The notes below the pieces were generated by a model. The model did no database searches and was not told where the DNA came from. It was given only the letters and a program-made list of their open reading frames with translations. A stretch of 44,170 nt of DNA from the NCBI GenBank assembly GCA_937868875.1, contig CALMNP010000417.1:1-44170 (forward strand), in the 5' to 3' direction. Origin of the DNA: an uncultured Bacillota bacterium. GTDB taxonomy: Bacteria > Bacillota > Sulfobacillia > JAMDAP01. The translations under genes were made by a program, and so were the position numbers. Positions within the stretch are counted from its first letter, which is position 1. Every line of letters starts with the position of its first letter. Positions 37,922 through 44,170 of the stretch are shown piece by piece.

Positions 37922-38218
37922 ATGAAGGTCAACCAGACACAGGTACAGGGCGTTCTGGGAGCCTACGGCCGCCAGCAGGTGAACAAGCCCAAAGCGGCTG
38001 AGGCCAGGCCAACAGCGCCGGCGCCCGCAGAGAAGCCCTCAGATGTCGTTGAGCTGTCCCCGGAAGCCCGCGAGCTGGCCAATGTACAGCAGCGGCTGAC
38101 CGAGGTCCCCGACGTTCGGGAGCAGCGCGTGGCCGAGCTTACAGCTAAGGTCCAGAGCGGAGCCTACCAGGTGCCGGCGCGGGACGTCGCCAGGCGAATC
38201 CTGGACCTGGGGCTCTAG
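37922..38218 (+). CDS. flgM: anti-sigma-28 factor FlgM
   Basis: 98 aa, with VELSPEA...VREQRVAELTAKVQSGAYQVPARDVARRIL at the C-terminus (FlgM signature). Confidence 0.85.
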   Translation: MKVNQTQVQGVLGAYGRQQVNKPKAAEARPTAPAPAEKPSDVVELSPEARELANVQQRLTEVPDVREQRVAELTAKVQSGAYQVPARDVARRILDLGL

Positions 38219-38248
38219 CCTTTGCTTCCAGCGACCCTTCACGGATAG

Positions 38249-38764
38249 GTGGTGACTCCCGTGAACCTCCAGTCGGTAGGTCCCATGATCCAGGTTCTTC
38301 AGGATCAACTGAATGTCTATCGGACGCTTCTGGACCTGTCTCGGCGCAAACAGGAGGTTCTGGTCAAGGGTGGCACCGCCCAGTTCGAGGCTATTGTGGA
38401 AAGCGAGCAGGCCCTGCTCTGGCAGGCCGGACGCCTCGAGGAGCGCCGCCTGGGCCTCCAGACCCGGATGGCGGCGGAGATGGGGCTGGTAACGGAGGAC
38501 GTTACCGTCTCCCGCATTGCCCCCTACGTGCCGCAGCCGGAGCGCGACCAACTCCGCACGCTCCAGGCCGACATCCTGAAGGTTCTCGCCGAACTGGGCG
38601 AGGTCAACGAAGTCAATACCCGGCTGATCAAGCAGTCGCTGGCCTACATCAACGCCGCGCTGCAGCTCATCACCTCAGCCGGTCAGCGCCCCGTCACCTA
38701 CACCCCTCGAGGCCAGGCCCTTCCCGTAGCGGAACGGCTCAAGGTCCTCAACCAGAAGGTCTAG
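38249..38764 (+). CDS. flgN: FlgN-family flagellar export chaperone
   Basis: Helical protein with LQDQLNVYRTLLDLSRRKQEVLV, located between flgM and flgK. Start uncertain: GTG 38249 or ATG 38285. Confidence 0.7.
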   Translation: MVTPVNLQSVGPMIQVLQDQLNVYRTLLDLSRRKQEVLVKGGTAQFEAIVESEQALLWQAGRLEERRLGLQTRMAAEMGLVTEDVTVSRIAPYVPQPERDQLRTLQADILKVLAELGEVNEVNTRLIKQSLAYINAALQLITSAGQRPVTYTPRGQALPVAERLKVLNQKV

Positions 38765-38767
38765 CCC

Positions 38768-40252
38768 ATGGGAAACAGCCCTTTCTTTGGAATTGAGATC
38801 GGCCTTCGGGCCTTGCAGGCACAGCAGAGAGCCCTGGATGTCGTCGGCCACAATATTGCCAACGCCAACACCCCGGGTTACTCGCGCCAGCGCCTGGAAC
38901 TGACGGCCAGCGACCCGTACACGGTGCCCTCGGCCATGCGGCCGGGCGGCGTGCCCGGCCAGGTCGGCACGGGCGTTACGGAAGAGGCCGTGCGCCGCTT
39001 CCGCGACACGTTCCTGGACCGCCAGTACCGCAACGAGAACAACTCTTACGGCACCTGGGCGACCCGCGAACAGGTCCTGGGCCAGGTGGAAGCCATCTTC
39101 ATGGAGCCCACGGACAACGGCCTGCGAGCCACCATCGACAAGTTCTGGCAGGCGGTTCAGGACCTGGCCAATGACCCGGACGGCTCTTCCGCCCGTTCCC
39201 TGGTGCGCCAGCGGGCCGTGGAGTTTACATCGACCCTGTCCCACATGTACAAGCAGATTGCCGACCTGCGTGACAACACCACCTCCGACATGGGCGCTAA
39301 GATCAAGGAAATCAACACGGTGGTGGAGCAGGTCGCGTCCCTCAACCGCCAGATCAGCCAGGCCATGGCTGTGGGCGACACCCCCAACGACCTGATGGAC
39401 AAGCGGGATCTGCTGGTGGACAACCTGACGAAGCGGGTGGATGCCCGTGAGGTGCTTCAGCCGAATGGCATCCTTAACGTCTATATCGGCGGTGTCCCTG
39501 CCGTTGAGGGCTTCGACGCCCATCACCTCAAGATGGAGACCGAGCAGGTAACCGCTCCGGTCATCTGGGACCACCTGAACCGGCCCGCGGCCATCAACGG
39601 CGGCGACCTGGGCGCCCTCATCGGACTGCGGGACAATGACCTGACCAACTACCTGGACCAACTGGACTGGATTGCCTACCAGTTCGGGGCAGCCTTCAAC
39701 GCCCAGCACCGGCAAGGCTTCGACCTGAACAGCAACCCCGGCGGCGACTTCTTCGACGGGCTCCCTGTGGGGACGCCTCCCGACTCCTTCGCCGAGCACG
39801 TCGGCGCCGCCAGCCGGATCACCGTCTCCGCCGCCATCATGTCCGATCTGAACCTGATCGCCTCGGCCGCCTCCGCTCCTGTGAAGGTGGAGGACCGCGG
39901 CAATGCCGAAAAACTGTCGGATCTGTTCCGTGACGCCAAGCTTTTTCCGCCCCCGGACCCCGCTGCCACACCGCCCTATGTTTACACAGCGCCGCTTTCG
40001 GACTACTACATTTCCGTCACGTCCCGCCTCGGCGTGGATTCTCAGGCGGCCCAACGCTTGGCCGGGAACCAGGAACTGCTTCTGAAGTCCATTGACAACC
40101 AGCGCACCGGCGTCTCCGGCGTCTCCCTGGACGAAGAGATGGTCAACATGATCAAGTATCAGAACGCCTACAGCGCTGCGGCGCGCATCGTGACCACCGT
40201 GGACGAGATGCTCGACACCATTATCAACCGGCTTGGCATCGTTGGGAGGTAA
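38768..40252 (+). CDS. flgK: flagellar hook-associated protein 1
   Basis: GLRALQAQQRALDVVGHNIANANTPGYSRQR at the N-terminus and VSLDEEMVNMIKYQNAYSAAARIV at the C-terminus. Confidence 0.93.
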   Translation: MGNSPFFGIEIGLRALQAQQRALDVVGHNIANANTPGYSRQRLELTASDPYTVPSAMRPGGVPGQVGTGVTEEAVRRFRDTFLDRQYRNENNSYGTWATREQVLGQVEAIFMEPTDNGLRATIDKFWQAVQDLANDPDGSSARSLVRQRAVEFTSTLSHMYKQIADLRDNTTSDMGAKIKEINTVVEQVASLNRQISQAMAVGDTPNDLMDKRDLLVDNLTKRVDAREVLQPNGILNVYIGGVPAVEGFDAHHLKMETEQVTAPVIWDHLNRPAAINGGDLGALIGLRDNDLTNYLDQLDWIAYQFGAAFNAQHRQGFDLNSNPGGDFFDGLPVGTPPDSFAEHVGAASRITVSAAIMSDLNLIASAASAPVKVEDRGNAEKLSDLFRDAKLFPPPDPAATPPYVYTAPLSDYYISVTSRLGVDSQAAQRLAGNQELLLKSIDNQRTGVSGVSLDEEMVNMIKYQNAYSAAARIVTTVDEMLDTIINRLGIVGR

Positions 40253-40258
40253 TAGGCC

Positions 40259-41149
40259 ATGAGAGTGACAAGCAGTTCCATCGCCGGCAACCTGGTCTAT
40301 AACCTGCAGCAGGTGACCAAGCGTATTGACACCCTGCAGACCCAGCTGGCCTCCGGCAAGCAGGTGCAGACGGTCTCCGATGACCCCAACCAGGCACGGG
40401 CGGGCATGAAGCTCCGCACGTCCCTGGCCGCCAATGAGCAGTACCAGAAGAATGCGAACGACGCCGACGGCTGGCTGCAGAGCACGGACATAGCCCTGGA
40501 TCAACTGGGGCGCGTGCTGGAACGAGCCAAGGTCCTGGCTGTGAACGGCGGCATGGACACCCTGCCGGTCGAATCTCGTCAGGCCCTGGCCGACGAGGCC
40601 AAGCAGCTCCTGGGCGAGGCCGTCCAGGTGGGCAATGCTACCTTTGGCGACAAGTTCATCTTCGCGGGCTTCAAGACCAAGTCCCCCGCCTTTACTCAAG
40701 CCGGCCTGACGGTGACGCCCAACAACCCCTTGGACGGGGCTGAGGCCCTCAACCGCGAGATTTCCGCCGGCGTGCGCCTGAGCATCAACGTCACCGGGCA
40801 GGCCCTGACGGACACCAAGGTCTTCGATGCCCTGTCCAACCTGGCCAACAGCCTCGCCTCAGGCAACGCCCTGGAGACCGGCACGACCCGTCTTCAGGAA
40901 ATTGACGACTCTATCAATGCTATCCTCTCGCTGCGGTCTGAGATCGGCGCCAAGGCCAACCGGGTCAGCGCCGCCCAGGATGCCCTGACCGGTGCCGAGG
41001 TCAACGTCAACAAACTCCTGGAGAGTGCGGAAGATGTGGATGTGACGAAGGCCATCGTCGACCTGACCGTGGCCGAGACCTCGCGCCAGACGGCCCTGGC
41101 GGTGGGCGCCCGCATCATCCCCAAGACCCTGGTCGACTTCCTCCGCTAA
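40259..41149 (+). CDS. flgL: flagellar hook-associated protein 3
   Basis: Flagellin-like termini (MRVTSSS...LQTQLASGK; DVDVTKAIVDLTVAETSRQTALAVGARI), 296 aa, following flgK. Confidence 0.9.
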   Translation: MRVTSSSIAGNLVYNLQQVTKRIDTLQTQLASGKQVQTVSDDPNQARAGMKLRTSLAANEQYQKNANDADGWLQSTDIALDQLGRVLERAKVLAVNGGMDTLPVESRQALADEAKQLLGEAVQVGNATFGDKFIFAGFKTKSPAFTQAGLTVTPNNPLDGAEALNREISAGVRLSINVTGQALTDTKVFDALSNLANSLASGNALETGTTRLQEIDDSINAILSLRSEIGAKANRVSAAQDALTGAEVNVNKLLESAEDVDVTKAIVDLTVAETSRQTALAVGARIIPKTLVDFLR

Positions 41150-41166
41150 CACGAGCACGTAAAGGC

Positions 41167-41200
41167 CGGGACGCCCTCTGGAGGCGTCCCGTCTCGTTCC
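41167..41200 (+). terminator. hairpin between flgL and fliW (terminator/attenuator-like)
   Basis: CGGGACGCC (41167..41175) pairs with GGCGTCCCG (41183..41191) around a 7-nt loop, followed by TCTCGTTCC. Confidence 0.4.
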
Positions 41201-41220
41201 TCAGAGGAGAGATGCAAGGC

Positions 41221-41673
41221 ATGGAACTGCAGACATCCCGCTTCGGCACCCTGACGGTGCCTGACGAGAAGGTCCTGGGCTTTCCGGACGGCCTCTACGG
41301 TTTCGAAGAGAGCCGCCAATTCGTCCTGGTCGACCTGGGGCGGCCGGACAGCGGCTTCTTCTGGCTGCAGTCGCTGGAGGATGGCGACCTGGCGTTTGTT
41401 CTGGTGAACCCCCTGCTCTTCGCGCCCGACTACGAACTGGATGCTATAGAGGAGGACCTGGCTGCCGTCGGCGCATCCACCCTGGATCACGCCGTGGTCA
41501 TGGCCCTGGTCTCCGTCCCCGAGGACTTCCGTCTGGCGACCGCAAACCTTCAGGCGCCCCTGCTGATCAACTCCGACCGGAGACTGGGACGCCAGATCAT
41601 CACCGGCAACCCGTCCCACTCCCTCAAATCCCCGGTTTTTGTGGCTCCGCAGACTGCTGCTGCGACGCGGTAG
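41221..41673 (+). CDS. fliW: flagellar assembly factor FliW
   Basis: [33 protein letters not shown] ... [15 protein letters not shown] 41221 has workable SD spacing (GGAG at 41206..41209). ATG 41212 abuts the SD. Confidence 0.9.
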   Translation: MELQTSRFGTLTVPDEKVLGFPDGLYGFEESRQFVLVDLGRPDSGFFWLQSLEDGDLAFVLVNPLLFAPDYELDAIEEDLAAVGASTLDHAVVMALVSVPEDFRLATANLQAPLLINSDRRLGRQIITGNPSHSLKSPVFVAPQTAAATR

Positions 41674-41722
41674 CGGCCACGCCGCCAGGGAGGGCGGCGA
41701 TACCCGACAGGGAGGTCACCCC

Positions 41723-41992
41723 ATGCTGGTGCTCACGCGCGGATTAGATCAAAGCATTCTGATCGGCGACGGCATCGAGATCAAAATCGTCGCCATCAAA
41801 GGTACGGGGGACGGCGCTGCCGTCCGGCTGGGGATCGAGGCGCCCCGGAATGTCCGCGTCCTGCGGAAGGAAGTGCTGGACGAGGTGGCGCGGGAGAACC
41901 GCACCGCCCAGGCTCCGGCGTCGGCCGAGACGCTGGAGGCCCTGCTGGCACAAGCTCCATGGGCTAAAGAGGGAGAAAACAAGCCCAAATAG
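41723..41992 (+). CDS. csrA: carbon storage regulator CsrA (flagellar type)
   Basis: [27 protein letters not shown]...[24 protein letters not shown] lies 6 nt before ATG 41723. Confidence 0.95.
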   Translation: MLVLTRGLDQSILIGDGIEIKIVAIKGTGDGAAVRLGIEAPRNVRVLRKEVLDEVARENRTAQAPASAETLEALLAQAPWAKEGENKPK

Positions 41993-42007
41993 GGAGCTTT
42001 TGAGAGG

Positions 42008-42034
42008 AAAATCCCGCCATCGGCGGGATTTTTG
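42008..42034 (+). terminator. intrinsic terminator after csrA
   Basis: AAAATCCCGCC-ATCG-GGCGGGATTTT followed by T. Confidence 0.8.
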
Positions 42035-42110
42035 CTTGACGGGGCCGGAAATCGCCCCCAGCAATTGCGCCAGCCCTGTCGATTCATAGAGTGAAGGCAG
42101 AATCTGCCTG

Positions 42111-42184
42111 CGGCGGCGGGATGCCGCCGACGCCCCGCCGGAACCGCGGCTGGCGGGGTCAGACCCCAAATTCGTCAAGGAGGA
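42111..42184 (+). promoter_or_regulatory. flagellin 5' leader with three GGA motifs (candidate CsrA binding sites)
   Basis: Hairpin CGGCGGC-GGGAT-GCCGCCG (42111..42129) has GGA in its loop. Hairpin CCCCGCC-GGAACCGCGGCT-GGCGGGG (42133..42158) also has GGA in its loop. The SD AAGGAGGA (42177..42184) lies 10 nt before GTG 42195. Confidence 0.5.
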
Positions 42185-42194
42185 TGAATGAACC

Positions 42195-43583
42195 GTGAGG
42201 ATCAACAACAACATCAGCGCCCTGAACGCTTGGCGCAACCTGACCATGACTGACGGGTCCATCGGCAAGTCCCTTGAGAAGCTGTCGTCCGGCCTCCGCA
42301 TCAACCGCGCCGCCGACGACGCCGCCGGCCTGGCGATTTCGGAAAAGATGCGCGCCCAGATCAAGGGCCTGAACCAGGCGGTTCGGAACGCCCAGGACGG
42401 CATCTCCCTCATCCAGACCGCAGAAGGTGCCCTGACCGAGACCCACAGCATCCTGCAGCGTATGCGCGAGCTGGCCGTTCAGGCGTCGAACGACACCCTG
42501 ACGACCGAAGATCGCGGGACGATCCAGAAGGAAGTCGACCAGCTGATCGGCGAGGTCAACCGCATTTCCGACACCACGGAGTTCAACACCCGCAAGCTGT
42601 TGAACGGCGCGGCCGGTCTGGATGCCACTGTTTCCGGACTCAACGCTGACCGTGTGTCGGTCAAGGAAGGCACTGCTGATACGCAGGCCGGCGGCAAGGT
42701 CAACATCACCAACATCACCTCGGCCAAATCGGCCAGCACGGGCGCGGGTTCCCTGGCCGTCGTTGCCGGCGGAACTTTCACGATCAACGGGACGTCCATT
42801 ACCGTCGCGGCCGGATCCACTGGTGACCAGATCGCTGCTGCCATCAACGCCGTGACAGGTCAGACGGGCGTGAAGGCCGCTTGGGACGCCACCGGTTCCA
42901 CGCTTACTGTAGAAACGCAGGACGTGGGTAGCGCCGCCAAGCAGGTCATCGCCGGCCTTGACACCGTCACCGGTGCGGTCGCCGGCACCTTTGATGGCAC
43001 CGATGTCGGTACCGACGCCGTGATCACTGCGACAGACGAGAACGCCGTGGCCATCACGAGCTACACGGCCCGCGGCAACGACATCACCATCACCCAGAGC
43101 GCCACGAAGGCCAAGGGTCTGACGTTCTCCGTCTATAGCGGTTACACGGCCGCTACGGCCGTCACTGCTAACATTACGGTCAATGCGAACAACGCCATGA
43201 ACTTCCAGATCGGCGCCAACTCCGGCCAGAGCATGTACGCCTCGGTCGGCAACATGAGCGCCGCTGCGCTTGGCATTGGCAACATCAACGTGACGGCCCG
43301 GTCGTCCGCCTCCGACGGGATCTCGGTCCTGGATACCGCCATCAAGACGGTCTCCGGCGAGCGCGCCAAGCTCGGTGCTGTGCAGAACCGTCTCGAGCAC
43401 ACCATCAACAACTTGGGCGCCGCCTCCGAGAACCTGACGGCTGCCGAGTCCCGCGTTCGCGACGTGGATATGGCTCAGGAGATGACCGCCTTCACCCGGA
43501 ACCAGATCCTGATGCAGGCTGGCACCGCGATGCTGGCGCAGGCCAACCAGAAGCCGCAGAGCGTTCTCCAGCTCCTCCGGTAA
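42195..43583 (+). CDS. fliC: flagellin
   Basis: MRINNNISALNA...LSSGLRINRAADDAAGLAISEKMRAQIKGLNQA at the N-terminus and GAVQNRLEHTINNL...QANQKPQSVLQLLR at the C-terminus. The central Thr/Ala/Gly-rich variable region carries a Flagellin_IN-like motif. Confidence 0.96.
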   Translation: MRINNNISALNAWRNLTMTDGSIGKSLEKLSSGLRINRAADDAAGLAISEKMRAQIKGLNQAVRNAQDGISLIQTAEGALTETHSILQRMRELAVQASNDTLTTEDRGTIQKEVDQLIGEVNRISDTTEFNTRKLLNGAAGLDATVSGLNADRVSVKEGTADTQAGGKVNITNITSAKSASTGAGSLAVVAGGTFTINGTSITVAAGSTGDQIAAAINAVTGQTGVKAAWDATGSTLTVETQDVGSAAKQVIAGLDTVTGAVAGTFDGTDVGTDAVITATDENAVAITSYTARGNDITITQSATKAKGLTFSVYSGYTAATAVTANITVNANNAMNFQIGANSGQSMYASVGNMSAAALGIGNINVTARSSASDGISVLDTAIKTVSGERAKLGAVQNRLEHTINNLGAASENLTAAESRVRDVDMAQEMTAFTRNQILMQAGTAMLAQANQKPQSVLQLLR

Positions 43584-43598
43584 GTTCACCTCTGAATC

Positions 43599-43631
43599 GT
43601 GGAAGCCAGCCCCCCAGGGGCTGGCTTCCAC
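43599..43631 (+). terminator. perfect 15-bp inverted repeat after flagellin (terminator/stabiliser hairpin, no U-tract)
   Basis: GTGGAAGCCAGCCCC-CCA-GGGGCTGGCTTCCAC, followed by ACCCCC rather than a T run. Confidence 0.5.
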
Positions 43632-43650
43632 ACCCCCTTAGAAAGGCGGG

Positions 43651-44031
43651 TTGAGTAGGGTGCGCGTAGAAGCTAGCAGCAGCGCGGTGCGTTCCGCTGA
43701 GGCGGACTCCCTCGCTCTGGTCAAACAACTGCCCGCCGTGACCTTGCCTGGTCAGGCGCCCAACCGCCCTCAGCCGGGAAGTGTGCAGCCTCGCGAGCGC
43801 CAGCCCTCTCCACGCGAAGTGGAGCAGGCGGTGGAGACCCTCAACAGGACCTCCCTCATCTTCAACACCAACCTCCGTTTCTCCATTCATGAGGCGACGC
43901 ATCAAATCATGGTCAAGGTTATCCGCGAGGATACCGGCGAGGTCATTCGGGAGGTTCCCCCCGAGAAAGCGCTTGACGCCCTGGCCAGGATGGAACAGGC
44001 CCTGGGCCTGCTCGTAGACGAGCGGCGATAG
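43651..44031 (+). CDS. flaG: FlaG family flagellar protein
   Basis: NTNLRFSIHEATHQIMVKVIREDTGEVIREVPPEKALD matches the FlaG core. Start is TTG 43651 or GTG 43660. Confidence 0.85.
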   Translation: MSRVRVEASSSAVRSAEADSLALVKQLPAVTLPGQAPNRPQPGSVQPRERQPSPREVEQAVETLNRTSLIFNTNLRFSIHEATHQIMVKVIREDTGEVIREVPPEKALDALARMEQALGLLVDERR

Positions 44032-44094
44032 CACAGAAGCTACAGCCGGGAGGCCCGGAGCCCGGCACAAGTTTTCGGTCAGGAAGTGAGTCCC

Positions 44095-44170
44095 ATGACG
44101 TCTCCCTTCAGCATCGGCGGCCTGGCCTCAGGTATCGATACCCAGAGCATGATCTCCAAGCTCATGGACA
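44095..44170 (+). CDS. fliD: flagellar filament cap protein FliD (5' end, partial)
   Basis: MTSPFSIGGLASGIDTQSMISKLMD is a canonical FliD N-terminus. It runs off the window. Confidence 0.8.
   Translation, partial: MTSPFSIGGLASGIDTQSMISKLMD

Noticed and set aside
38675-40699. 674-aa minus-strand ORF opposite flgK/flgL, and similarly 8333..10063 (576 aa) opposite tagO/mnaA and 42159..43631 (490 aa) opposite flagellin
   Set aside because: Antisense shadows of clearly identified genes with a low-complexity Gly/Asp/Val/Ala composition.

Overview
This 44.2-kb window comes from a very high-GC chromosome (about 70% by eye). By inference, the host is an endospore-forming, flagellated Firmicute-type organism, possibly Symbiobacterium- or Limnochordia-like. 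Gene order mirrors four Bacillus subtilis regions: ywl-upp-atp, ywmB-murAA-spoIID, spoIIID-mbl-flhO-flhP-fabZ, and comF-yvyF-flgM-flgK-flgL-fliW-csrA-hag.

Nearly everything is plus-strand housekeeping. In order, the genes are tsaC/ywlC, a DUF2203-like gene, a PduO-type adenosyltransferase, ywlE, rpiB, ywlG, upp, dCMP deaminase, a tagO-like gene and mnaA. The complete F1Fo ATP synthase operon follows (atpZ-I-B-E-F-H-A-G-D-C). After it come DinB, a HAD hydrolase, two MreB paralogues, a ywmB-like gene, murA, spoIID, an M23 peptidase, spoIIID, rod proteins and fabZ. The window ends with a SAM-I-riboswitch-controlled operon (metH activation protein, metH, metK), an HD-GYP protein, comFC and the late flagellar cluster, which runs through flagellin and flaG to the 5' end of fliD.

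The one clearly foreign element is at the left edge. It is a ~3.3-kb, ~50% GC, minus-strand two-gene island (78..3358) between a host gene end and tsaC. It encodes a 930-aa single-chain type IIG-like restriction/N6-adenine-methyltransferase/specificity protein. An ATGA overlap couples that gene to a 163-166-aa His-rich protein of no confidently recognisable family. This is my best candidate for an undescribed defence-type system.

Secondary observations:
- a SAM-I riboswitch, which also exposes a false N-terminal extension in the ORF track
- sigma-E-like promoters that force start-codon reassignment for spoIID and spoIIID
- GGA-loop hairpins in the flagellin leader, consistent with FliW-CsrA control
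- a rod protein carrying a hook-like insertion

I saw no rRNA, tRNA, CRISPR array, transposase or integrase. The many long antisense ORFs in the track are high-GC artefacts.
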